DNA of 64,000 nucleotides from Mobula birostris (lineage: Eukaryota), in the NCBI RefSeq assembly GCF_030028105.1, contig NC_092371.1, positions 97,181,064 to 97,245,063 on the forward strand, given 5' to 3'. How positions within the stretch are numbered: the first letter of the stretch is position 1; each line of letters opens with the position of its first letter. Below are positions 10,132 through 22,249 of this stretch, piece after piece. The notes below the pieces were generated by a model. That model was not told where the DNA came from and did not search any database. It worked only from the letters and a program-made list of their open reading frames with translations. A program made the position numbers and the translations under genes.

Positions 10132-13100
10132 AGTACTGTAGCTTGAGGTTGCCATGGTCCCGAATAGCTCAGGGCGAGAAGGGCTGCATCTGTCCAGAAA
10201 TACGAAGTGATTAATAAACAACAGGCGAAAAGAAAGACTAACTGATTATTGCGAGGAAACAAAAATGTTATGAGGAAAGCTTAGAAGGAATCCATGTAAT
10301 GTCTCTTTGGCGTACCCTCTCTGCGATAGCACTGTATGAACTTTGCAGCAGGTCCCTTCACCTCCTTTACTTTTTGCTTGAACGAGAGTTAAACCTTTAA
10401 AGAGTAGAGTAGTTGTAGGGCAAAGAAGGATTTGTAAAATCGATGCAGCGGAGCAGACAGACAGGCGAGGAGGTTGGTATTTGAACAATCCCGACTTGCT
10501 ATTTCCCGAATGTACCTTCGAAAATCATCCTCATGTTTCTGCTATTCTACACCCTCGTCTCCGAAGTGGAAAGTATCATTAATATAATCAACAGAATATA
10601 GTGTTAAACTGCTCGTGTAAAAGCTTTTCCGTCTTACGTGTTATACGCTTATAACGTCAATGTAAAATAGCCTTGAAGATGTGTTTACTGTACCGATGAG
10701 CTGCAGTTCTTGTAATGGTGGACAGATAATGCAACTGTTCAGCGTTTCACCAGAGTGGCCGGAAAGAAGAGAGTACTGTAGTGTAAACATGATACTTCGA
10801 GTATCGATGGATAATTATTCAGATTTTCAGCAGTAGTTTCCCCTTTGCAGTGATTCAGTGAGACTCAATGCGCCGCTGGTCTTAGATTGATTGCTTTGTA
10901 TTTTGTATGAAGTTGAGACGTAAAATACAGAGAGTAGTAAGGGATTGGATTAGCGTGTCCTATTTTATTAGACTCCGGCAGCACTGTTCGGTATTAAATG
11001 CAAAATTTCCTGTAATCGGCTGCGCTAGATATCTGATGCAACAATTGTCGCTCGTGTTCCATCGGAAATATTCCCGATATTTGCATGATTTTCACTAGCC
11101 AATTTTTCCTACCGCTGCTCTTCGTCGCTGTTTTCTGTTTTCTATTGACTCCGAGATTCCTATAACCTTCATACTTACCCATGATGACCCATTGTTAGAT
11201 CCTGCAACGGACAATTCATCAGCATTTTCGTTTCAGTGCTGCGGCATGGGAATGTCAGTTTGTTAAAGATAACATTCATTCTAGAGTAATGACTTCAATG
11301 AACCCATTTTGGGAAATTGATGCAGTACACAGTCGCTGCTATTTTATACGTTCAAGACCCGATTCTTCCTTTTTTTTACATGAAATATAGGTATCAAATG
11401 ATGCAACACTTCCACCTACTGGCGCACATGCCACATGAACCAATATAATGTGATATTTACTATGTGCTTCACTGTAGGCACATGGATATGGAGATCATTT
11501 GCGATTTTGAATTGCCACATCTCTTGATGCAAATATGGAATCACATGACATTGAGGGTGACTGGGGCCAGGAATCAAATGGATCCTCATTAAAATACAAC
11601 CTACTTGTTCAGTAATATTCTTCTGTCAGGTCATACTTTGCATACGAAGTAGCCCCCTTGGCTCTCCGGCCTGATCCTCCAATTATTAAAATTGCGGCTG
11701 ATTCAAATGGAATCTCCGCTCCTAATTCCTTCTTAATCTCCTTTGGTTGGCCCTCCAACACGTTCTTCTAAAATATTCCAAAATATTTAATGAGCACCTC
11801 ACAGACTTTCACCCATCTGTTTACTTTGCAGTATGATTCCAAATATGTGTTGGCACGTGGCCAAGTGGTTAAGGCGTTCGTCTAGTGATCTGAAGATCGC
11901 TAGTTCGAGCATTGGCTGAGACAGCGTGTTTGTCCCTGAGCAAGGCACTTAACCACAGATTGCTCTGCGACAACACCGGTTCCAAGCTATATGAGTCCTA
12001 ATGCCCATCCCTTGTAAAACATCGGTGGCGTGGAGAGGGGAGACTTGCAGCATGGGCAACTGTTGGTCCTCCATACAATTGTTGGTTTTCCTTGCCCAGG
12101 CCGCACCCTGGAAACCTTCCAAGGCGCAAACGATGGTCTCATCTCATGAGACGAACGGAAGCCTATAAAAAATTCCAAATAACCATGAATGTGCAAATAT
12201 GGTAAACAGCCTTTGCTTCGTCAGATGCACGTAGTCCTAATATCTTGCTGCTGTATTTGTGCCAGGATTCATATACCACAGGGAATTTTGGCTTTATTAT
12301 TTTTCAAACCACATCTTCCACCCCATGCCCTGAAAGTAGGCCATCCATCTTCATTGCTCTGAGATCAACATTCACTAGCAACGAATCCTTGTGCATTTCA
12401 TCTCCTCCTGTCCTTCATTACCTTTAACATTCAAGTCCCAATCCAAATAGTCCAACAGGTATTTCTCGGTAATATCCGTCTGTTCATGCTGACTTACCTG
12501 TATAAAGGTCCCGACTGAGTACCTGGTAAGGCTCTGAAAACCTGTGCCAACCAACTAGCGGGAGTATTCAAGGACATTTTCAACCTCTCACTGCTACGGG
12601 CGGAAGTTCCCACTTGTTTCCAAAAGGCAACAATTATAGAAATGCCTAAGAAGAATAACGTGGGCTGCCTTAGTGACTATCACCCGGTAGCACTCACATC
12701 GACAGTGATGAAATGTTTTCAGAGTTTGGTCATGACTAGACTGAACTCCTGCCTCAGCAAAGACCTGGACCCATTGCAATTTGCCTATTGCTGCAACAGG
12801 TCAACGGCAAACGCAATCTCAATGGCTCTCCACACGGCTTTAGACCACCTGGACAACACAAACACCTATGTCAGGACGCTGTTCATCGACTATAGCTCAG
12901 CATTTAATACCATCATTCCTACAACCGTGATTGAGATGTTGAAGAACCTGGGCCTTTGTACCTCCCTCTGCAATTGGATCCTCGACTTCCTAACCGAAAG
13001 ACCACAATCTTTGCAGATTGGTAATAACATACTTTATTAGGTGTTTGAAGAGATTTGACATGTTAACAAATGCACTCAAAAACTTCTATAATTGTATCGT

Positions 13101-13200
13101 GGAGAGTGTTCTAACAGGCTGTATCAGTGTCTGGTATGGATGGGCTAATGCACAGGACTGAAAGAAGCTGCAGAAGGTTGTAAATCTAGTCCGCTCCGTC
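10132..13200. repeat. Copy B of the ~3-kb direct segmental repeat (partner 1-3105), upstream of IgL cluster 1
   Basis: Collinear with 1-3105 at an offset of about 10.1 kb, with the same SINE at the same site and the same TSD. Confidence 0.95.
11846..12171 (+). mobile_element. tRNA-derived SINE (duplicate of 1716-2042)
   Basis: Same head and the same TSD ATTCCAAATA (11836-11845 and 12172-12181). Confidence 0.85.
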
Positions 13201-13560
13201 TTGGGTACTAGCCTACAAAGTACCCAGGACATCTTTAAGGAGAGCGAGCGGTGCCTCAGAAAGGCAGCATCCATTATTAAGAACCTCCAGCACCCAGGGC
13301 CTGCCATTTTCTCACTGTTACCATCAGGTAGGAAGTACAGAAAACTGAAGGCACACACTCAGCGATTCAGGAACAGCTTCTTCCCCTCTGCTGTCCATTC
13401 CTAAACAGACATTGAATCTTTGGACTCTACCTCACTTTTTAAAATATACAGTGTTTTTTATATTTGCACGTTTTAAAATCTATTCAATATACGTAATTGA
13501 TTTACTTGTTTACTTGTTATGATTTTTATTTTATTTATTATTATTATTTTTTCTCTGCTT
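12490..13560 (+). mobile_element. Rex1/Babar-type LINE fragment with 3' end
   Basis: ORF 12642-13040 DYHPVALTS...[14 protein letters not shown]...[14 protein letters not shown], then PGPAIFSLLPSGRKYR..RFRNSFFPSA. Confidence 0.85.
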
Positions 13561-14899
13561 GACAAATTTCACGTCACATGCCGGTGATTATAAACCTGAA
13601 ATTGATTCTGATTTATTTGCACTTTCAGTTAACTGCTTTCTGTTGAATGTTACGTGCTCATTCAAAATTCAACCTCATTCAACTGGGGTTAGTAGAAAAA
13701 ACAAAAGAAAAGGAAATCAAATAAAAGGCGCTAATAATCTCATAATCATGTCCAGTACACAACATTGAAGCTCACGGATTCCCTTTTGCTGATCCTCCTT
13801 CGCTCGTCGTCGACCCCTGGGCTTCCGCTCCGAGCTCAGGCCCAGCGGGTCCGGTAAACGTCTCCTCAATCCAGGTCTTCTTTCTTCATCTTCTTCGCAC
13901 TTTCTCCCCCAAGCCAGCGCAAACTAACAGCGTTCAAACAGACAGAGCGCTACAAACGATTTTTGTCTGAAATAATAGTGCAGTAGCATGTCTGCGATAT
14001 CCGATTGACGGCATTCATGGAATTACATTTAATATGTGAGTGAATTTCTCTGATAATTAATTGCACCTTTCGTCCTCTTGGTCATAGTTATAGGGATTCG
14101 TTAGTATGAAATCCAACCAGGATTACTTAAAAAATACGTTGCAAGATATATTTCACCAACCACTGTCAAGACTATTGATGCAAATTCAGAACTTTGTTGT
14201 TTTTGTCAGAGAAATCGAATAGAGAAGAGAAAATGGGCCTGGAAATAAAGGAGATTTTATTGATGGTTTTGTGGGCAAGTTTGTGGACAATACTAAGGTA
14301 ATAGGGCAGGAGTATTGAAGAAACAAGGAGCCTGCAGAAGGCCTTAGATAGATTGGGAGAGAGGGCAAAGAAGAGTCAGATAGAATAGAGTGTAAGGAAG
14401 TGTCTCAAAATTGCGACTCCATATTTCAAAAGGTTGTCCAAAATTCATAGTTCCCATAAGAAACATGTTCTCTTCACCTTAAGCCGTCAGGACAAATAAG
14501 GATCACTATGTTTCGCATCACTGTTCTAAACTCTGGAAGATACACGCCTAGTCTATCCAATTTTGTTTCCCAGGAGAATTGCCCAGTCCACGTACTAGTT
14601 TTAGTATGCTTTCTCCAGCCTGCTTCCAGCGCATTGACATCCTCCTTAAATACGACTAATTCTGTGCACATTCCATATTTGTTTCTTCAGTATCATATCA
14701 CATGAAGAATAATTCCCTACTTTTTAACTGTGTTCCTTTAACAACTAGGGATAGCATATTGTTAACTCTTCAAAGTACTTGCTTTAACCTGTTATACATA
14801 ATACCCCATCATTTAAAAGAAAAAATATCCCCTTTTATTTTAGATTCCTGCCATCTTACTATTTAGAAAACATGCTCTTGATATACTCATCATGATAGC

Positions 14900-15319
14900 A
14901 AGGTCATAGAGTAATGGAGTAATAGCAAAATACAGCACAGAAACAGACTCTTCGGCCCATCTAGTTCGTGCCGAATTATTTAAAGTGCCTAATCCCATCG
15001 GTCTGCAATCTGAACACGGTCCTCCGTACCCCTACCATCCATATACCTATCCAAACTTCTCTTCAACTTTGAAATCGAGCTTCAATGCACCACTGGCGCT
15101 GGTAGCTCGCACAACAATCTCGGGGCCCTCTGGGTAAAATAGTTTTCCCTCAAGCTCTCCTTAAACGTTTCACCTTTCACCCTTAACTCATGACCTTTAG
15201 TTGTAGTTTCACCCAACTTCAGAGGGAAAAAGCCTACTTGCATTTATCCTATCTATATCCCTCATCGTTTTGTATATCTCTATGGAGTCTCCCCTGAGTC
15301 TTTTACGTTCCAACGAATA
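14900..15319 (-). mobile_element. CR1 LINE 3' end interrupted by the Gypsy insertion (continues at 20696-20880)
   Basis: SLERKRLRGDSIEIYKTMRDIDRINASRLFP directly abuts the LTR, and CR1-like sequence resumes after the other LTR. Confidence 0.75.
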
Positions 15320-15791
15320 TGTTGCAAAGAACGGGGCGAACCCAAACGCAGGACACTGGCACGGAGATTGAGTTAGGATACAGACGAGCGTGTGAGAGTG
15401 GCTGGAGCTGAACAGCAAACAGGAGGGTGAACAGGAAAGCAGGAGGCAGGCAGGACTTATCTTGACACAGGGCGTTGCTGGCGCTGAACGGCAAACAGGA
15501 GACAGGCGGCAGGCAAAACTTATCTTGACACGGAGCGTAGAAAGGCAAGCAGTAGATAATATTTTCTTGACACGGAGAGACGGAGTTACCCAGGTAAACC
15601 TCGGTACTGAAGTAAAACTTAGAATATACAATCCTCAGCGGTCGGGAACTTTAATAACCACACTGGCTAAACAACAATCTGGCAACGAGTGGATGCAAAG
15701 CCGGGATTTTATATGCTGCGGTCTCGGTGAGAACCAGGTGTGCAGCCATCAAAGGGAATTAGAAGAAAATGGGGAACTAACGGTCGGGACA
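15320..15791 (-). repeat. 3' LTR of the Gypsy element
   Basis: Starts tgttgcaaagaacgg, homologous to 20198-20695, and adjoins the polypurine tract. Confidence 0.9.
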
Positions 15792-18700
15792 GTCTCCCTC
15801 CCCCCACTCCCCCTTCAACGAGAGCCTCCAGGCGAACCACCAGGCTTGTCTGGATTGTCGAGATGGAAATCTCTGATGAGGAAAGGGTCCAAGATGAAGG
15901 AGCGGGGAATCCAGGTGCGCTCCTCAGGACCGTATCCCTCCCAATCGACCAGGTACCGGAGACTATACCTGGTCGGCGCACCTACCTCGGCGGCGCACAT
16001 CCGGACTTCGCCGGACTGTGTAAGCTGGGTAGTCGTCGATGACCCGGGCGAGTGGAGGAGGTACAGCAGGAGGGCACAAAGGGTGGACACACACAGGTTT
16101 CAGTTGAGAGACGTGGAGCGTGGGATTAATGTGCATAGATCTGGGCAGTTTGAGTTTGACGACCGAGGGGTTGATGAGGCTCTCGATTTCGAATGGTCCG
16201 ATGTTTCTTGGATTCATTCTTGAGGGGGATGTCTCTTGAAGAGAGGCAAACCTTCTGACCAGGCCGATAGTTGGGCGCTGGAATTCGGTGGCGATCGGCA
16301 GTCCTCCGGTTGCGGTCAGCGGAGCGGAGCAGGGCCGATCGTGGATCCTTCCAGACCTTGCGGCACCTGCAGAGTTGGGCCTGAAATGAAGGCAGAGCGA
16401 TGTCGTCTTCATGGGCAGGAAAGAGAGGGGGTTGATAGCCGAGGGAGCATTCGAAGGGAGACATTCCGGTGGCGGTGCTGACCAGGGTGTTGTGGGTGTA
16501 CTCCACCCAAGTGAGATGGGTGCTCCAGGATGACAGGTCGTTGGCGGATATGAAGCGCAGTGCTGCTTCCAAATCCTGATTTGCTCGTTCCGTTTGACCG
16601 TTAGTCTGTGGGTGGAAACCAGAAGACAGACTTACTGAAGCTCCGAGGGCTTGACAGAAGGATTTACAGGCTTGAGAGGTGAATTGGGGACCCCGCATTA
16701 GGGTTAGGGTCAGAGATAATGTCAGAGGGAATTCGATGAAGGCGGAAGATGTGTTGGAGAGGGATTTCGGCTGTTTCACGGGATGTAGGGAGTTTGGGAA
16801 GGGCTATGAAGTTCACGGCTTTGGAGAAAGGGTCCACCACGGTGAGTACAGCAGTGTTACCATGTGAAGTGGGTAGTCCAGTGACGAAATACAGAGCAAT
16901 ATGCGACCAAGGGCAGCCAGGGACAGGTAGGAGACGAAGCAGCCCAGCAGGTGGCCGATGGGAGGCTTTTCCGCGGGCACAAACAGAGCGCACAGAGACG
17001 AAGGAGCGAGTGTCAGCATCCATGGCGGGCCATCAGAAATGTCGCTTCAGAAGGAACAGAGTTCGATCGATTCCAGGATGGCAGGCGAAACGGGAAATAT
17101 GCCCCCACTGGAGAACTTGAGACCGGACAGAATCAAGCACGAAGAGGCGATTGGGGTGTCCATTGCCTAGGTCAGGTTGAGCCCGTTGGGCCTCTTTGAC
17201 TATGGATTCGAACTCCCAGGTGAGGGCTGCCACAATACAGTAGGGTGGAAGGATGGTATCAGAGTTGGAAGGGCCTTCCCCGGAGACGTATTGACGAGAG
17301 AGAGCATGTGGCTTCCCGTTCTTGGAACCAGGTCGATAGGTGAGGGTGAATTTGAAACGGCCAAAAAATAGTGCCCAACGGGCTTGGCGGGAGCTAAGGC
17401 GTTTAGCTGTTTGGATGTATGCCAGGTTCTTATGGTCCTTCCAGAGGATGAATGGGTGTTCTGCTCCCTCCAGCCAGAGCCTCCACTCCTCCAAGACGAG
17501 TTTGACGGCCAGCCGCTCCCGGTTCCCAACGTCGTAGTTCCGTTCGGCGGGGGATAGACAGCGAGAGAAGAAGGTGCAGGGATGGAATTTTTGGTCTGGG
17601 ACGGAGCGTTGGGAGGGGACCGCTTCCACCCCAGAGTCCGAGGCGTCGACTTCCACAATGAATTGGCGAGAGGGGTCTGGTTGGACTAGGATGGGAGCGG
17701 AGGTGAAACGCCTCTTCAGATCCGGGAAGGCTGAGTCCGCTTCGGGGGTCCAGTGGAAAGGGGTCGCAGGAGATGTGAGTTGAGTAAGCGGCGCTGCCAC
17801 CCGGCTGTAATCCCTGATGAAGTGACTGTACAAGTTTGCGAACCCCAGAAATCGCTGGAGTTTTTGAGCGTCGTGGGATTTGGACACTGTGCCACAGCCG
17901 GATCTTTTCGGGATCCGCTCTCACCTGCCCGCTCTCAATGATGTATCCCAGGAAACCGACGAAACGGGCATGGAACTTGCACTTCTCTGTTTAACAAAAA
18001 GCTTGTTCTCCAAAAGCCGCTGAAGGACCTGACGGACGTGATGGGTGTGCTCCTGAAGATTACGGGAGAAGATTAAGATGTCGTCCAAATAAACGAGAAC
18101 AAAACGGTTAATAAAGTCCCTAAGGACGTCATTTACCAGAGCTTGGAAGACAGCAGGGGCATTGGTGAGACCGAATGGCATGACAAGGTATTCGAAATGA
18201 CAGAGGGGGGGGGGGTGTTAAAAGCTGTTTTCCATTCATCTCCCTCAGGTGATAGGCATTCCGCAAGTTCAACTTGGAGAAAATTGTGGTTCCATGAAGC
18301 GCCTTGAATGCTGAGTTGATAAGGGTCAGGGGATACTTAGTTTTTATGGTAATGTTGTTAAGGCCACGGTAGTCGATGCAGGGAAGCAGTGAGCCGTCTT
18401 ACTTTCCCACAAAGAAGAAACCTACGCCTACAGGGGAAGATGACGGTCGGATAATGCCAGCCGCGAGGGAGTCATTTACGTAAGTCTCCATAGCTTCCCT
18501 TTCTGGTCGGGACAGTTTGTACAGCCGACTGGTGGATAGTCAGGCTCTGGGGAGAAGGTCAATTGCGCAATCGTAAGGGCGATATGGGGGCAGGGAAAGG
18601 GCCAGTTGTTTGCTAAACACCTCTCCTACGTCGTGGTACTCAACGGGAACCTTGGACAAGTCAGGAGGCTCAGAGGCGGACCAGATTGCGGTGACTCCCA

Positions 18701-20197
18701 TTGGGGAAAGAGCTGATTGCAGACAAGTGGAATGGCAGAACAGACTCCAGCTGACTATTTTCCCGGTGGGCCAGTCGATGTGGGGGTTATGGTTGCTTAA
18801 CCAGGGGAAACCAATAACTATCGGAGCTTGAGGAGAGGAAATTAAATTGAATCGTACCTGTTTCCGATGGTTTCCGGAGAGAAGAAGCTGGGGTTCTGTG
18901 CAGTGTGTGACTCGGGCCGGAAGTCTACTGTCCAGTGGCCGGGCTTCCAGGGGGTACACAATGGCTCACGAGGATTACGGCTTGGAAGGCTAAGTTTTCA
19001 TCCAAAAAGTTTCTCTCAGCGCCGGAGTCCACTAGTGCTAACGGAGGCAAGGACTGTTGGTTATAACACAAAGTGGCTTGAAGCTGCATCCGGGATCGGG
19101 GGACGGAAGGGAATGTTGCCTGGCTCAGCAGGGTCCCTCTTGCTACTGGTGGACCTCCCCTTTCGGTCGAAGGGGACAGGTGGCAAGGAAGTGACCGGAC
19201 TGGCCGTAATATAGATCCTCACCCACTCTCAATCTCCAGAGTCGTTCAGCGGGAGAAAGGCAGTTCGGTCACAGCTGCATGGTTTCCTCTCCCCGGGCGG
19301 TGGAAACGGCCGGGCTGGGAGCTACTCTGGGAGCAGAAGGAGGAGAGAGGCTTGTTCTAGCGGGAGGCGGTAATGCGTGCCAAGAAGTGGCCAAAGGTGG
19401 TGGATGACCAGTTCTTTCTCTACGGCGTTCTCGGAGACGATTTTCCAAACTGGTGGCTAGGGAGATCAGGGAATCCAGGCTGTCGGTGTCGTCCCTTGCC
19501 GCCAACACTTCTTTCACCATGTGGCTGAGTCCATTCCGAACCTCCCCGTGGAGTCACTCATCGTTCCACCCCGAGTCGGCCGCTAACGTCCGGAACTCCA
19601 CCGAATTTTCGGCATCACTGCGGGAGCCCTGGCGGAGAATAAGTGGACGGTTGGCAGCGTCTTTACTACGGAAGGGATGGTTAAAGATCTTTCTCATTTC
19701 CGGGATGCAGGTGGCGAGAGTGGAGCAGATATCCGGTTGGTTATCCCAAACTGCTGTGGCCCACGCTAATGCACTTCCCCACAACAACCCCATGATAGAA
19801 GCAATCTTTGACCTATTCGTGGAGTAATTTGACGACTACTGTTCAAACAGCAGGGAGCACTGAGGGAGGAAGGCCCAGCACTTCCCCAAATCTGCAGCGT
19901 AGTGCTCCGGCTCAGGTATGTGAGGCTGTTTTGGCGGGGGTGTTGGTGACACGTGGGGGGTTTGCCGCTACAGGCTGTCTGGGCTGGTTAGACAGGGTTC
20001 CACGAGTGGGTTGAGTGAAAAGAGTGGAGACACCGTCCACCTGGTTGCCGATCTGCGTGACGTGAGCAGACAGGGAACGAAGGTTCTCCAAGACCTCCCG
20101 GAGGAGTTAGTCGTGCCTTCCCAGTAGGGAACTCTGCCTGGCGAGGGCTTGTTGAAGGGTATTTGTGTCCGCTGGGTCCATGGTGGCCAAATCGTTC

Positions 20198-20695
20198 TGT
20201 TGCAAAAAACGTGCGGACCCAAACGCAGGACACTGGCACGGAGATTGAGTTAGGATGCAGACGAGGGTGTGAGAGTGGCTGGAGCTGAACGGCAAACAGG
20301 AGAGTGAACAGGAAAGCAGGAGGTAGGCAGAACTTATTTTGACACAGGGCGTTGCTGTTGCTGAACGGCAAACAGGAGACAGGCGGCAGGCAAAACTTAT
20401 CTTGACACGGAGAGACGGAGTTACACAGGTAAACCTCGGTACTGAAGTAAAACTTAGAATACTTATCTCGATACGGACAGACAAAGTTACCCAGATAAGC
20501 CTCGGTGCTGAAGTAAAACTTAGAATACACAATCCTAAGCGGCCGGGAACACTAATTACCACACTGGCTAAACAACGATCTGACAACGAGAGGATGCAAA
20601 ACCGGGGGTTTTATGCTGCGGGTCTTGACGAGAACCAGGTGTGCTATCAAAGGAAATTAGGAGAACATGGGGAATTAACGGTCGGTTCCGTGACA
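20198..20695 (-). repeat. 5' LTR of the Gypsy element
   Basis: tgttgcaaaaaacgtgcgg...ccgtgaca, with an internal duplicated ~40-50-bp unit (ggtaaacctcggtactgaagtaaaacttagaata). Confidence 0.9.
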
Positions 20696-21574
20696 GAATA
20701 ATGTCTTAACCTATTCAAACTTTTCCTTCTAACGTACATCCTCCGGTCCCAAACATCCTTTTAATTTTACTGTACTCTTTCAAAATTATTTAATCTTTCC
20801 TGTAGGTGGATATCCCAACTTCCTTCAGCTAAAGGACATACCACCATTTAAAAAAAAGGACCATAAGGGAGTTAATCCCAGAATCGCTCATCGTGCTATG
20901 CGCTGCCAAATCCCGAATTAGGAATATAGTGCAATTAAATGCGTGCCCAAGGAGCTGATGGAGGAGGGAGGGTTTTATATACACAGATCGTTGTGTTCCT
21001 TTCTGGGACAGTTGGGCCAAGTCTAGAAGGACGGGTTGCATCTAAACGGTGGGGCAGGAGCATCAACATAATTGAACGAAGGTTTAGAAAATTAAACACA
21101 CAACTCTCCAGCACAGTACAGTCTTTTCGGCCCACGATTTTGTGCCGATCTTATAATCCACTCTAAGATTTATCCATGAGCAAGGGCATACCATCCTGGA
21201 TAGAAACGGGGCCGGGTTGTAAAAGATGACGTACGAGATTTTGGTGCGTCGTACGAGATATGACATCAAACATTTGCAAGCTCCCAAGAATATGGAACTT
21301 AGTGCAATGTAGACCCGTGAGTAAAGAACACAAGTCGGCCGATGTTGCACCAGTGTATTTGGGAATTCTTAATTTTCACTGACTCCGCTAATGTGCTTTA
21401 AAATATACCATCCATGCCTTTGCTACCTCTGGACTTAACCTTTTCTATCTCCTTTCAAAGTGAATTGTCTCAGGAGGAGGGCCATCTTAATAAGTGATTC
21501 CTGTACCCACTTTAAGTTTTTTTTTAAATGGAACACAAAAGGTAATAGATGCTCATGTGAAGCAAAAAGCGGCT

Positions 21575-21683
21575 CGGGTCGCCCATGCTGTCTCATGACA
21601 CGGACAGGTGACCTTGACGGTTTTGTCAGCAGAAATAGAATTAAAAGTAGGACACTGAGTCAACAAAATCTTAGCGTTTGCAG
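21575..21683 (-). pseudogene. Truncated IgL V relic (FR1 only)
   Basis: ttatttcgacgg|CTGCAAACGCTAAGATTTTGTTGACTCAG reads ANAKILLTQCPTFNSISADKTVKVTC. It parallels the V1 acceptor context (ttcgccag|TTGCAAACGCG) and V3 GKTVKVTC. The acceptor is mutated to GG and the frame shifts after the Cys. Confidence 0.75.
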
Positions 21684-21719
21684 CCGTCGAAATAATAAAA
21701 TGAATATTCAGAAACAATG

Positions 21720-22245
21720 ACAAACACATAAAAGTTGCTGGTGAACGCAGCAGGCCAGGTAGCATCTCGAGGAAGAGGTACAGTAGACGTTTCAGGCCAA
21801 GACCCCTTCGTCAGGACTAACTGAAAGAAGAACTAGTAAAAAATTTGTAAGTGGGAGGGGGAGGGGGAGATCCGAAATGATAGGAGAAGACAGGAGGGGG
21901 AGGGATGGAGCCAAGAGCTGGACAATTGATTGGCAAAAGGGATATGAGAGGATCATGGGACAGGAGGGCTAGGGAGAAAGAAAAGGCGGGGGGGGGGAGA
22001 AGGGGGTAAAAGCCCAGAGAATGGGCAAGGGGTATAGTGAGAGGGACAGAGGGAGAAAAAGGAGAGAGAGAGAAAGACTGCGTTTATATAAATAAATAAC
22101 AGATGGGGTACGAGGGGGAGGTGGGGAATTAGCGGAAGTTTGAGAAGTCAATGTTCATGCCATCAGGTTGGAGGCTACTCAGACTAAATATAAAGTGTTG
22201 TTCCTCCAACCTGAGTGTGGATTCATCTTTACAGCAGAGGAGCAG
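21720..22245 (-). mobile_element. Penelope-like element 3' fragment
   Basis: Near-copy of 24080-24580, including the end of the GIY-YIG ORF (FRLSSLQPDGMNIDFSNFR-like). Confidence 0.8.
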
Positions 22246-22249
22246 AAGA

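Larger units (their letters stand above)
15320..20695 (-). mobile_element. Full-length Gypsy/Ty3 chromodomain LTR retrotransposon (Tf1/sushi-like), degenerate
   Basis: LTRs at 15320-15791 and 20198-20695 (TG...CA), TSD GAATA at 15315-15319 and 20696-20700, PPT at about 15792-15812. gag starts MDPAD at 20181, followed by protease LVDSGA (~19030), RT VYLDD (17921-18181), RNase H VDASD..ERLAVK, integrase GFHPQTNGQTER, and chromodomain [15 protein letters not shown]. Multiple stops and frameshifts. Confidence 0.97.

Noticed and set aside
15462-16223. 253-aa plus-strand ORF
   Set aside because: Antisense to the Gypsy LTR and integrase/chromodomain, with no independent protein features.
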